DNA of 64,000 nt, taken from NCBI GenBank assembly GCA_963769475.1, contig CAVYLX010000003.1:7097-71096 (forward strand), written 5' to 3'. Shown here one piece after another: positions 44,073 through 54,992 of this stretch. The notes beneath the pieces are model-generated. The model worked only from the letters and a program-made list of their open reading frames with translations, was not told the origin of the DNA and ran no database searches. The first letter of the stretch is position 1. Every line of letters begins with the position of its first letter. Origin of the DNA: an uncultured Actinomycetota bacterium. Lineage in GTDB: Bacteria; Actinomycetota; Actinomycetes; Propionibacteriales; Nocardioidaceae. Made by a program: the position numbers and the translations under genes.

Positions 44073-45793
44073 GCTGGATCTCCTCGGCTGGCGTGTTGCG
44101 GCGTGGTCGCCGGGTGGGTAGAGCGGCATGCCGTCGCGGTAGCGGTAGTACGGCACGTCGGCGGCGGGGAGCGGGGTGTTGCCGAGGATCAGGTCGGCGG
44201 CCTTCTCGGCGACCATCATCACCGGGGCGTAGATGTTGCCGTTGGTGACGTACGGGAAGACCGAGGCGTCGACGACGCGCAGGCCCTCGATGCCGTGCAC
44301 CCGCATCGTGGGCGGGTCGACGACCGACATCTCGTCGATGCCCATCTTGGCCGTGCACGACGGGTGCAGCGCGGTCTCGGCGTCGGCGCGCACCCAGTCG
44401 AGGATCTCCTCGTCGGTCTCGACGCGGGCCCGGGCGAGAGCTCGCCGTCGTTGTACGGCGCGAACGCCGGCTGGTTGAGGATGTCGCGGGCGACCCGGAT
44501 CGCCTCGACCCACTCCTTGCGGTCGTTGGCGGTCGAGAGGTAGTTGAACAGCAGCGCCGGGTGCTCGCTGCGGGTCGGTCGACGGATCTTCACGTGGCCG
44601 CGGGTGTCGGCGTACATCGGGCCGATGTGCACCTGGTAGCCGTGGCCCTCGGTCGGCGCGCGAGCCGTCGTACCGGATCGCGACCGGCAGGAAGTGGAAC
44701 ATCAGGTTGGGGTAGTCGACGTCCTCGTTGCTGCGGGCGAAGCCGCCGCCCTCGAAGTGGTTGGTGGCGCCGAGGCCGCTGGCGGAGGAACAGCCACTCG
44801 GAGCCGATCTTCGGCCGGTTGCGCCAGCTTCAGGCCGGGCGCGATCGAGACCGGCTGCTTGGAGGCGTACTGGATGTAGACCTCGAGGTGGTCCTGGAGG
44901 TTCTCGCCGACGCCGGGCAGGTCGTGCACGACGTCGATGCCGAGCTGCGCCGAGCAGCGCCTCGTTGCCGACGCCGGAGAGCTGGAGCAGCTGCGGGGTG
45001 TTGATCGCGCCGCCGCAGAGGATCACCTCGCCGGCGCTCGACCGAGCGCGCGCCGCCGGCCGCCGCGCAGGTAGTCGACGCCGACCGCGCGCTTGCCCTC
45101 GAAGCGGACGTTGGTGGCGAGCGCGAGCGTCTCGACGGTGAGGTTCTTGCCGGTTCCGCACCGGGTGCAGGTAGGCGCGCGCGGCGCGAGAGCCGGCGGC
45201 CGCGGTGGACGTTGCGGTCGAACCGCGCGAAGCCCTCCTGGCGGTAGCCGTTGACGTCGTCGGTGAGCGGGTAGCCGGCCTCGCTGCGCGGCCTCGAAGA
45301 ACGCGCCGAACAGCGGGTTGGTCGGCCGGGCCGCGCTCGAGCACGAGCGGCCCGTCGCCGCCGCGCCACTCGTCGGCGCCGGCGAGGCAGGTCTCCATCC
45401 GCTTGAAGTACGGCAGGCAGTGGGGGTAGTCCCAGTCCTCCATGCCGGGCTCGGCCGCCCAGCGCTCGTAGTCGAGCGGGTTGCCGCGCTGGAAGATCAT
45501 CCCGTTGATGCTGCTGGAGCCGCCGAGCACCTTGCCGCGGGCGTGGTAGACCCGGCGGTCGTTCATGTGCGGCTCGGGCTCGGACTCGTACTTCCAGTCG
45601 TAGAGCCGGTTGCCGATCGGGAACGGCAGCGCCGCCGGCATGTGGATGAACGGGTCGATCTTGTAGTCGGAGCGGCCGGCCTCGAGCACGAGCACCTGCG
45701 TGCCCGGGTCGGCGCTGAGCCGGTTGGCGAGCGCGCAGCCCGGCCGAGCCGCCGCCGACGATCGACGAAGTCGTAGTCCTGGTCCGCGCTCAT
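44069..45793 (-). pseudogene. betA: Choline dehydrogenase (GMC oxidoreductase), many frameshifts; 3' end inferred
   Basis: [10 protein letters not shown]...[91 protein letters not shown]...; [10 protein letters not shown]...[41 protein letters not shown]. Confidence 0.8.
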
Positions 45794-47286
45794 CGCTGCT
45801 CGCTCCTATCCCCGAACCAGCGTTGCTCGGCGGGCCGGACGTTGTGCCAGACGTGCTTGGTCTCGCGGTACTCCTCGAGCCCGGCCGGCCGAGCTCGCGG
45901 CCGACGCCGGACTGCTTGTAGCCGCCCCACTCGGCCTGCGGCACGTACGGGTGGTAGTCGTTGATCCAGACCGTGCCCATCCGCAGCCGGGCCGCGACCC
46001 GCTCGGCCCTTGCCGGCGTCCTGGGTCCAGACCGCGCCGGCCAGGCCGTAGATGCTGTCGTTGGCGATCGCGACCGCCTCGTCCTCGTCGGTGAAGGTCT
46101 CGACGGTCAGCACCGGGCCGAACGACTCGTCCTGGGTCACCGACATGCCGCTGGTGCAGCCGTCGAGGACCGTCGGCAGGTAGTAGAAGCCGTCGGCCAG
46201 CGCCGGGTCGTCGGGGCGGGCGCCGCCGCAGCGGAGTACGGCGCCCTCGGCGATCCCGGCGGCGACGTACGCCTCGACCTTGTCGCGGTGGGCGGCGCTG
46301 ATCAGCGGGCCGGTCTCGGCCTTCTCGTCGAACGGGCCCGCCGAGCCGGATCCGCTCGGCCCGCTCGACCAGCTCGTCGACGAACTCGTCGTGGATCGAC
46401 TCCTCGACCACCAGCCGGGCGCCGGCCGAGCAGACCTGGCCGGAGTGCAGGAAGACCGCGGTGAGCGCGATAGTCGAGCGCGACCTCGCGGTCGGCGTCG
46501 GCGAACACGATGTTGGGGTTCTTGCCGCCGAGCTCGAGGGCGATCTTCTTCACGGTGCCGGCCGCGGCGGCCATGATCGCGCTTGCCGGTCTGCGAGGCC
46601 GCCGGTGAACGAGACCAGGTCGACGCGCGGGTCCGTCGGCGAGCGGCGCGCCGGCGTCCGGCCCGGCGCCGAGCACCAGGTTGCCGACGCCGGCCGGGCA
46701 GCCCGGCCTCGTCGAGCAGCCGCATCAGCTGGATCGCGGTGTGCGGGGTGAGCTCGCTCGGCTTGAGGACGAAGGTGTTGCCGGCGGCCAGGCAGGGCGC
46801 GACCTTCCAGGACGGTCTGCAGCAGCGGGTAGTTCCAGGGCGTGATCAGCGCGCAGACGCCGACCGGCTCGTGCACGATCCGGCTGACCGACGTCGGCGT
46901 GGCCGGTGTCGACCATCGCGCCCGGCGTCCTCGGCGGCGACCCGGCCGTAGTGGCGGAAGACGCGCGACGACGTCGTCGACGTCGTACTCGCTCTCGACC
47001 AGGCGCTTGCCGGTGTCGAGCGACTCCGCCCGGGCGACGTCGGCCTTGTCGCGCTCCAGCAGGTCGGCGACCCGGAGCAGCAGGTCACCGCGCTCGCGGG
47101 CCGGACGTGCCGGCCAGGGGCCGTCGTCGAACGCGCGCGTGCGCCGCGGCGATCGCGGCCTCGGTGTCCTCCGGCCCGGCCTCGTCGACCTCGGCGACCA
47201 GGCTGCCGTCGGCCGGGCAGCGGATCTCCCGGCGGCCTCCGGCCCGAGGCGCCCACCCACTCGCCGTCCACGTAGAGCTCAGCCAC
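45790..47286 (-). pseudogene. betB: Betaine-aldehyde dehydrogenase (ALDH family), many frameshifts
   Basis: GTG 47286: MAELYVDGEWVGA...; IVHEPVGVCALITPWNYPLLQ; KKIALELGGKNPNIVFADAD; [27 protein letters not shown]; [30 protein letters not shown]. The stop overlaps the betA ATG (ATGA). Confidence 0.8.
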
Positions 47287-47315
47287 GGCGGCTCACTTCG
47301 CTCCGCAACCCCGAT

Positions 47316-47332
47316 GTTGCGCATGTCGCAAC
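47316..47332. promoter_or_regulatory. Perfect 6-5-6 palindrome GTTGCGCATGTCGCAAC upstream of betB
   Basis: Read directly, 30 nt upstream of the betB GTG. Extra CGCAAC half-sites at 47304-47309 and 47346-47351. Confidence 0.6.
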
Positions 47333-47410
47333 CGAGTGCTCTACGCGCAACCGGTCGTGTGACCTGAGAATGCAGTCGGCCGGCCGTCCGCGTCAAGGAC
47401 CCCAGATCTG

Positions 47411-49076
47411 TCACTGAGCCGCAACGCATGCGCAGGCTGCGCGCCTAGGGCCCGTCCGGGATAGCTGATCCGCGTGCTCGACCGCGCGCCGTACCGCGGC
47501 CGGCAGCGTCGACTCGAAGGTCTCCTTGCGCAGCTCCATCATCAGCGAGACGCACATGCCGATCAGCACCAGCATGAACGGCGCGGCGACCAGGATCACC
47601 AACGTCTGCAGGCGGAGAGACCACCGGCCCAGAGCAGCACCGCGGCGACCGCTCCGGTGGCGACACCCCAGAAGATGATCAGGGCGCGGAGCGGCTCCTC
47701 GGTGCCGCGCTGGCTCAGCATGCCCATCACGATCGAGGCGGCATCGGCCCCGGTGACGAAGAAGATCGCCACCAGGAAGACCGCCAGCGCGACCGTGATC
47801 GAGGCCAGCGGGAACTCGCGCAGGGTCTCGAAGAACGACGCCTCGAGCGCGATGCCGCCCTTCTCGGTCGTCGGTGGCGACCAGCCTTGGTTGAGCTGCA
47901 GGTCGATCGCCGTGCCGCCCAGGATCGCGAACCACACGAAGGACACGACGCTCGGGACCAGGATCACGTAGATCACGAACTGCCGGATCGTCCGGCCCTT
48001 GGAGATCCGGGCGATGAACATGCCGACGAAGGGGGTCCAGGAGATCCACCAGGCCCAGTAGAAGATCGTCCAGCCGCCGATCCACGAGCTCGCCTCGGCG
48101 TCGTAGACACCGGTGTTGAAGGACATCGACGGCAGCTGGCGTGAGGTAGTCGCCCATGGTCGGTGGTGAAGGTGCCGAGGATGAAGACCGTCGGCCCGAC
48201 CACGAACAGGAAGAACACCAGCAGCGCCGGCGGCGATGGCGTTCGCGTTGGAGAGGTACTTGATGCCGCGCTCGACGCCGGACACCGCCGACAGCACGAA
48301 GCACGCGGTCAGCACGGCGATCACCACGACGGCGAGCGTCTTGCTGCCGCCGCCCTCGCCGAACACGTCGTCGATGCCGCCGGTGATCTGCAGCGCGCCC
48401 AGGCCGAGCGAGGTGGCCGACCCGAACAGGGTCGCGAAGATCGCGAGCACGTCGATCGCCTTGCCCGGGCCCTCGGACGACCGGCGGCCGAGGAGCGGCC
48501 GGAAGGTCGCGGAGATCGGTGTTGCCGTAGCCCTTGCGATAGGCGAAGTAGCCGATCGCCAGGCCGATCACGGCGTACATCGCCCAGGGGTGGAAGCCCC
48601 AGTGGAAGAAGGAGTACTGCATCGACTTCTCGGCGGTCTCCGGTGACCCGCGCTCGCCCTCGCCGAGCGGCGGGGCGTTGAGGTGGGTGAGCGGCTCGGC
48701 GACGCCCCAGAACATCAGGCCGATGCCCATGCCGGTCGCGAACATCATCGAGACCCAGGAGAACGTCGAGAACTCCGGCTCGCTGTCGTCCGGGCCGAGC
48801 TTGATGTTGCCGTAGCGGCTGATCGCGAGGTAGGCGGAGAAGAGCACGAACGCCGGCGCTGGTCAGCACGAACAGCCAGCCGAAGTTCCTGGTCACCCAG
48901 CCGAGCGCCTCGGTCGTCTCTCGGCCATCTCCCTCGGGCCAGACCGCGCCGAGCGACGACGAACGCCGACCGACAGGACCGCGGCGATGCCGAACACGAC
49001 GTTGTCGATCGGGCGGGCTCGCGGTCGGCGGGCGACCGTCCGTCGGGTCCGGCGCAGGGTCCTTGATGTCGGTCAT
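47411..49076 (-). pseudogene. BCCT family betaine/choline/carnitine transporter, many frameshifts
   Basis: MTDIKDPAPDPTDG...; LFSAYLAISRYGNIKLGPDDSEPEFSTFSWVSMMFATGMGIGLMFWGVAEPLTHL...; WTIFYWAWWISWTPFVGMFIARISKGRTIRQFVIYVILVPSVVSFVWFAILGGTAI (ORFs 47411..48847, 47596..48450, 48321..49076). Confidence 0.8.
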
Positions 49077-49119
49077 CCGTCTGCTCCGTTCTCGGCCGCC
49101 CGATGTGGCCGTTGAGGCT

Positions 49120-49136
49120 ATTGCGTATGACGCTGA
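49120..49136. promoter_or_regulatory. Imperfect copy of the same operator-like motif (ATTGCGTATGACGCTGA), 44 nt upstream of the BCCT start
   Basis: 14 of 17 positions identical to GTTGCGTATGACGCAAC at 39700. Confidence 0.45.
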
Positions 49137-49231
49137 CGCTGTGCATCACACACAACACGTCTAGTCCACGTGGTTGTGCGATGCCGGTCACCTCGTCAAG
49201 GCGCAGGCGTCCCCACCCGGGTTCCGTGCGC

Positions 49232-50032
49232 TCAGCGGTGACCCCAGCCGAGCCGGTGCGAGACCTCCGCCGCGGCCTCCACGAGCAGCGGCGACGACCT
49301 CGTCGACGCCGCTCCTCGGTGAGCCGGAAGGTCGGCCCGGAGACGCTCATCGAGGCGATCACGTCGCCGTGCGCATTGCGGATCGGCGCGGCCGACCGCG
49401 GTGAGGCCGACCTCGAGCTCGTCGACGGCCAGGGCGTAGCCCTGCTCGCGGACCTGGGCGAGCTCCTCGCGCAGCTTCGACTTCTTGGTGATGGTCAGCG
49501 TGCGTGTACGCCGGCAGCGAGCCCAGCAGGTCGTCGAGCTGCGTCGTCGGTCGAGGCCGCTGAGCAGCACCTTGCCGTTGGCTGGTGGCGTGCAGCGGGA
49601 TGTGCTGGCCGACCCAGTTGTGCGGCTGCAGCGCGGAGGAGCCGGCGATCTGGTCGAGGTAGAGCGCCGACGGTCTCCGAGAGCACCGCGATGTTGACGG
49701 TCTCGCCGGTGTCGGCGGCGAGCTTGCGGCAGATCGGCCGGGCCTCCTGCACCACGTCGAGCCGGGCGCGTCGTGGCACCGGCCAGCCGGAGCAGGCCCA
49801 CGCCCAGGCGGTACTTGCCGCGGTCCTCGGTCTGCTCGACGAGCCGCGTGCGCTCGAGGGTCGCGACCAGCCGGAACGCGGTGCTCTTGTGGACGCCGAG
49901 CTCGGCGGCGATCTCGGTGACCCCGGCCTCGCCGGTGCGGGCCAGCATCTCCATGATCGTCACCGCCCGGTCGACCGACTGGACCCGGTCGCCGCGCCAG
50001 CGTCCCCGTCGGGCCTGCGGGCTGTTGCGCAT
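49232..50032 (-). pseudogene. IclR family transcriptional regulator, several frameshifts
   Basis: MRNSPQARRGRWRGDRVQSVDRAVTIMEMLARTGEAGVTEIAAELGVHKSTAFRLVATLERTRLVEQTEDRGKYRLGVGLLRLAG...; C-terminal QVREQGYALAVDELEVGLTAV. Confidence 0.75.
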
Positions 50033-50091
50033 GGACGCGACACTAGCGCAGGACGTGTTGCGTATCGCAGACTGAGTTTCGTCAGCGCAAC
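50024..50091. promoter_or_regulatory. Degenerate copies of the GTTGCG/CGCAAC motif in the IclR-purU divergent region
   Basis: GTTGCGCATGGACGCGAC (50024-50041, spans the IclR ATG), GTTGCGTATCGCAGAC (50057-50072), GTTTCGTCAGCGCAAC (50076-50091). Spacing differs from the 6-5-6 form. Confidence 0.4.
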
Positions 50092-50169
50092 AGTTCGCGC
50101 ACCAGATCCGAGGCCTCAGGTGCTGCCCACCTCGCCAGTCGAACAGCGCGACGCACCGGCCGGAGATTC

Positions 50170-51015
50170 GTGCTCATCCTCTCCTGCGCGGACCGGCCCG
50201 GCATCGTGCACGCGGTGTCGCGGGTTCCTGGTCCAGCACGGCGGCAACATCCTCGAGAGCCAGCAGTTCGGCGACCAGCTGACCGACCGGTTCTTCATGC
50301 GGATCGACTTCGCGACCGTGCCGCGGACGCCGGCGACGCCGACGAGCTGCGCGACGGCTTCGCGCCGGTCGCCGCGCGAGTTCGGGATGGACGTGCGAGC
50401 TGTGGGACGCGGGGGCGCCGTACCGGACGCTGATCATGGTCTCCAAGCACCTGCACTGCCTCAACGACCTGCTGTTCCGGGCGAGCACGGCTCGCTGCAG
50501 ATCGAGATCCCGGCGATCGTGTCGAACCACCCCGACGCCGAGCCGCTGGTGCGGCTCGTACGGCATCGAGTTCCACCACATCCCGGTGACGCCGGACACC
50601 AAGCCGGAGGCCGAGGCAGCAGCTGCTGGAGCTGGTCGACGACCTCGGCATCGACCTGGTCGTGCTGGCCCGCTACATGCAGGTGCTCTCCGACGACCTG
50701 TGCCAAGCGGCTCGTAGGGCCGCGCGATCAACATCCACCACTCGTTCCTGCCGAGCTTCAAGGGCGCCAAGCCCTACCACCAGGCCTTCGACCGCGGGGT
50801 GAAGCTGGTCGGCGCGACCGCCCACTACGTCACCGGCGACCTCGACGAGGGCCCGATCATCGAGCAGGACGTGATGCGCGTCGACCACTCCTACGACCAG
50901 GACCAGCTGGTCTCCGCCGGCCGCGACGTCGAGGCGCAGGTGCTGTCCCGCGCCGTGCGCTGGCACTCGAGTCCCGCGTCCTGCTCAACGGCACCGGACC
51001 GTCGTCTTCCGCTGA
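50170..51015 (+). pseudogene. purU: Formyltetrahydrofolate deformylase, many frameshifts
   Basis: VLILSCADRPGIVHAVS.. / GFLVQHGGNILESQQFGDQLTDRFFMRIDF (ACT domain); MVSKHLHCLNDLLFR; LQIEIPAIVSNHPD; [56 protein letters not shown]; tail RTVVFR-stop at 51013-51015. Confidence 0.75.
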
Positions 51016-51048
51016 TCAAGCGAGCAGCGGTGAGGCCAGCAAAGGCCC

Positions 51049-52280
51049 TCAGACTTTCAGCATGTCCCGTCGCCGTTTGATCACTCGCTGGAGCTTGTTG
51101 AGTCTGCCCGTGTCGTAAGGCAAGTCGTCCAGCCCCGGCAGCCATAGGTCCACGCTGTCAGCGATCGCCGTGACGACCCGGCGCGCGGCTCTCTCCGGGA
51201 GGCCGAGATCGACGCCGAGATCCACGAACTTGGCACCCGAGATGTTCCCGTCCCGCTTGCCAGCCACCGATAGGGCGAGGGTGTTGTCCCCATAGGGCTG
51301 CGAGCTCGGGAGATCGTATGCAGGCGAAGGCGCCCAGCGACCGTGCTCGTCTTGAAGGATCGAAAGGTTCTTGGCGTGCATGTCTCCGTTGCCGGTGACA
51401 TACGCGAATGCAACTTGCGCCACGAAGGCACGCGCGGCCGGAAGGGGCGCGTCGCAGAGTGCGCACAAGCGGGCTAGGAGGTCCTCCGTTCGAACGCGGT
51501 ACTTCGCCTCGGGATGTAGGCCCAGCACCTGACATCCGTCCTCGACGGCCAAGGCGCGCACTGGTTGGCTGCCGGTCCGGTCGAAACGGCGCACCACCAG
51601 TCCGGGCGTGCCGGTGGCATCCCGCACCAGATCAGCATGGACTGCGTTGAGACCCGCAGTTTTCGCAGCACCGAGAAAGAAGTATTCGTTCTCTACGAGG
51701 TAGGGAAACTCCGGTGGATTGAGCTTCAGCAGGAATCCTTCCCCTGCTGCCGTCACGGGGAGGTTCAACATGGTCAGGCTGACCTTGTCCTGCACTCCTG
51801 GAATGCCAACCCGATCGACGTGGATGTTGAGGTCTGCCAGCAGCTCCTGAAAGTCGACACTGTTGAAGTTCGAGACAGTCAGCAGAGTCTGCACACTCTG
51901 TGGCTTGGTCCGTGCGGAACCACCGAGACGTCGCCTATTGCGTCTGCACCGACAGCGAGCACCATGCTCAGCTCATCGTCGGTTGAAGTCTTGATGCTTC
52001 GACGTAGGGCACTCAGGCGACGGCCCTCGGGGAGAAGCCCAGCAAAGAATGCCGGGACAGCTCCCCCTGTCGTTCTGAGCGGCACGGAGGTGACCGGGAG
52101 ACTCGTGGCCACCGGAGGTCGTCGCTCCGATATCCACCCGGGCGTGTACGTGAAGTCGATGCCCGCCGCCGTCCGCTCTAGATGCGCGGCAAGTTCTCCC
52201 TTCTTGTACACATCTGCTCGATCGATGGTCGTGTAGTCCGAAAGCTCCACGACGCCTGTGCCGATCGGTTCTTGAGTCAT
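51049..52280 (-). pseudogene. hipA: Type II toxin-antitoxin system HipA family kinase toxin, split by one frameshift near 51908
   Basis: N-terminal coupling domain ORF 51879..52280 (GELAAHLERTAAGIDFTYTPGW...LPVTSVPLRTTGGAVPAFFAGLLPEGRRLSALRR...LAVGADAIGDVSVVPHG). Kinase ORF 51049..51894 (IPGVQDKVSL...LKLNPPEFPYLVENEYFFLGAAKTAGL...VTGNGDMHAKNLSIL...PAYDL). The third frame across the junction reads TKPQSVQTLL. Confidence 0.85.
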
Positions 52281-52606
52281 GCGGTCTTCTCCGGTTCGGA
52301 GCCGGCCGACAGCTCGTAGATGGTGGAGAGTCGCGGCCCAGCTACGACTCCTGCCTCCGCCTGCCCATGCTCGACTTCGAGACGCAGCCCGAGGACGTCC
52401 AGCACAGCCAGGACCTTGTCCAGACGCACGCTCTCTTTGCCCGCCTCCAGCTCGTTGAGGAAGCGTGGCCCGACGCCAGCGAGCTCCGCGAGTTCGGTTT
52501 GGCGAAGTGAGAGCTCTTCCCTCCGAGCGGCCACCATGGCGGCGAGTATCCCCCGTTGAGCAACCCGAACGGGTAGTGGAGTTCTCGATTTCCTGCGTCC
52601 AGCCAT
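52277..52606 (-). CDS. hipB: XRE-family HTH antitoxin (HipB-like)
   Basis: MAGRRKSRTPLPVRVAQRGILAAMVAARREELSLRQTELAELAGVGPRFLNELEAGKESVRLDKVLAVLDVLGLRLEV. AGGGAGG precedes the ATG at 52606. The stop overlaps the hipA ATG (ATGA). Confidence 0.75.
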   Translation of the reverse strand: MAGRRKSRTPLPVRVAQRGILAAMVAARREELSLRQTELAELAGVGPRFLNELEAGKESVRLDKVLAVLDVLGLRLEVEHGQAEAGVVAGPRLSTIYELSAGSEPEKTA

Positions 52607-52616
52607 GTCTGCCTCC

Positions 52617-52642
52617 CTAAATTTCCCAATAGGGAAGTTTAG
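52617..52642. promoter_or_regulatory. 11-bp inverted repeat CTAAATTTCCC-AATA-GGGAAGTTTAG, 11 nt upstream of the hipB start; candidate HipB operator
   Basis: Read directly; one arm mismatch. Confidence 0.5.
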
Positions 52643-52752
52643 CGCATTTGCAGGGTCCGACACTCGCTTCGCGGCCGCTATACCTCCCGAACGGGTTGTC
52701 GAAGCTCTCGCCGCGAGCGACGATGAGGCGAGGACGCCTCGCCAACGGATGC

Positions 52753-52793
52753 CGTTTAGTCACTAAACGTCGGGTGACGTTTCGTCACGAAAC
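52753..52793. promoter_or_regulatory. Two related palindromes, CGTTTAGTCACTAAACG (52753-52769) and GTTTCGTCACGAAAC (52779-52793)
   Basis: Read directly. Shared form GTTTnGT-C-ACnAAAC with centres 25 bp apart. Located upstream of the hipBA promoter region, at or overlapping the 3' end of the saccharopine-dehydrogenase-like gene. Confidence 0.4.
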
Positions 52794-53860
52794 ATCAACG
52801 AGCGGGCGCCGAAAGGCCGGACGAGAAAATTGCACCGTCGTGTTCCGCTGAGAGGTACGGCGCCGAGGGCGCGGAGGAAGTCGGCCGCGTCGAACATGGC
52901 ACCGGCCGAGGCCAACGCCCGTCGTCCGCGTACGGCCGGTCAGGATCCGCTCGACGGCTTCAACCGCCAGCGGTGCGGTGATGGCGTAGATGTCCTGACC
53001 GCTAGCGGTCGCTCGCCGCTCGACCCCGTCGGCCGTGACCACGACCTCGACCACGAACGTCTGGTCGGAGCGGCCCGACGAGTCGACCGCCTCCGGTGCC
53101 GGCGTCTCGGCACGGCTGAGGTCGCTGGCCGCCTCGACGGCCATGCAGGTGCGGACCTCCGGCACCGCCAGGTGGCTCGGCACCGTGACGACGTCGGCCA
53201 TCGTGAAGTCGGCGACCATCCGGCGGTGACCGAAGGGTGCCGGGAACTGCCAGTCCAGCTCGGTGATCGGGCCCTCGTAGTAGTCGAGGGCGCCGTGGGT
53301 GAAGCGCACCCGCTCCCGGCGCGCCGATCGTGGGACACCTTGCCGGCCACGCGGGTGCCGGCCGTGGGACGCCAGCTGCTCAGGCCGTAGGCGACGTGCA
53401 CGGAGTCGGCGGAGGCCCACTCGCCCATGGCTGCGGTCGCCAGCAGATCGCCCAGCCCGCCGAAGAACGCCATCGCCGGCACCACTGCGATCCCCGCTTC
53501 GCGAGCCAGTCGGCGTAGGTCTCGAACATCGCGGCGTTGGCCTCGATCTCGGCCGCCACGTCGACGTAGGGGATCCGCGCGCGCAGCGCGGCCTCGACCA
53601 CCGGACCACCTGTCACCGCGAACGGGCCGGCGGCGTTGATCACCGCGGCTGATCCGGCCAGCGCTCGGTCGAGCGAGGCCGGGTCGTCCACGGTGGCCGG
53701 CCGCACGATCGCGCCGGGCCAGCTCACGGCCAGCTCGTCGAGCCGCGCCTGGTCGCGTCCGGAGACGATCGGGGTGAAACCGCGCGCGACCAGCTCGGCG
53801 ACGATGAAGCGGCCGGTGTGCCCGGTCGCGCCGTACACGGCAACTGCTGGGGTGGCTCAT
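52763..53860 (-). pseudogene. Saccharopine dehydrogenase-like NAD(P)-binding protein, tandem paralog 1, several frameshifts; 3' end inferred
   Basis: ATG 53860, then a 1-nt deletion relative to paralog 2 (CCCCAGCAGTT versus CCCCAGGCAGTT). VYGATGHTGRFIVAELVARGFTPIVSGRD...AVINAAGPFAVTGGPVVEAALRARIPYVDVAAEIEAN...GIAVVPAMAFFGGLGDLLATAAMGEW...DYYEGPITELDWQFPAPFG... Confidence 0.6.
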
Positions 53861-53863
53861 GGG

Positions 53864-54961
53864 TCAACTCTGGCCGAAGCCACCGACAGGCCACAGGCGA
53901 GCGGATAGCTCGGTCGACGAGCTCGGCACGGCGGCGGATAGGGCGCGGAGGAAGTCGGCCGCGTCGAACATGGCGCCGGCCGAGGCCAGGCCCGTCGTCC
54001 GCGTGTGCCCGGCCAGGATCCGCTCGGACGGCCTCCACCGCCAGTGGCGCGGTGACCGCGTAGATGTCCTGGCCGCGGGCCGTGGCCGTCGCTCGACGCC
54101 ATCCGCGCGTGACCACGACGTCGACCACGAACATCTGGTCCGAACGCCCGAGCGCGTCGACCGCCTCCGGTGCCGGCGTGTCCGCCCGCTGCCAGGTCGC
54201 TGCGCCGCCTCGACGGTCATGTAGGTGCGGACCTCGGGCACCGGACAGGTGGCTGGGCACGGTGACGACGTCGGCCATGGTGAACTCCGCGATCATCCGG
54301 TCGGCGACCGAGCGGCTGCCGGGAAGTGCCAGTCCTGCTCGGTGGCCTTGTCGTCGTGGTACTCGAGCGCGCCGCCGGTGAACCGCACCCGGCGGCCCGC
54401 GCGGCGCTCGTGCGACACCTGGCCCGCCACGCGGGTGCCGGCCGTGGGATGCCAGCTGCTCAGCCCGTAGGCGATGTGCGCGGACGTCCGCGGTGGTCCA
54501 CTCGCCCATCGCTGCGGTCACCAGCAGGTCGCCCAGCCCGCCGAAGAAGGCCATCGCCGGCACCACGGCCGTGCCCGCCTCGCGGGCCGCCTCGGCGTAG
54601 GTCGGCGAACATCGAGGCGTTCGCCTCGATCTCCGCCGCGACGTCGACGTACGGGATCCGCCGCGCGCAGGGCCGCCTCGACCACGGGCCCGCCCGTCAC
54701 CGCGAACGGCCCGGCGGCAGTTGATGACGGCCGCCGCTCCGGCGAGGGCCCGGTCGAGCGAGTCCGGGTCGTCCACGGTGGCCGGCCGCACCGATCACGC
54801 TCTCGGCCAGCTCCACGGCCAGCGCCTCCAGCCGCGGCCGCGTCGCGGCCGGAGACGACAGGGGCGAAGCCGCGCTCGATCAGTTCGGCGACGATGAAGC
54901 GACCGGTGTGCCCGGTCGCGCCGTAGACGGCAACTGCCTGGGGTGAGCTCGATGGCTCCAC
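53864..54961 (-). pseudogene. Saccharopine dehydrogenase-like NAD(P)-binding protein, tandem paralog 2, several frameshifts
   Basis: GTG 54961: VEPSSSPQAVAVYGATGHTGRFIVAELIERGFAPVVSGRD...GPFAVTGGPVVEAALRA...; tail TTGLASAGAMFDAADFLRALSAAVPSS... ending at 53864. Same 1098-nt span as paralog 1. Confidence 0.6.
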
Positions 54962-54992
54962 TCTTGCCGTCGCCACCGACACCCTCAGCGGG

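Noticed and set aside
50033-50169. Riboswitch (ZTP, THF, glycine or cobalamin) upstream of purU, the MetF-like gene or the corrinoid operon.
   Set aside because: The leaders are short (61-137 nt). I could not find the conserved cores (for example the ZTP CCGCCTGGGCA-like element or a B12 box). Protein-operator palindromes explain these regions better. An Rfam scan would be the decisive test.
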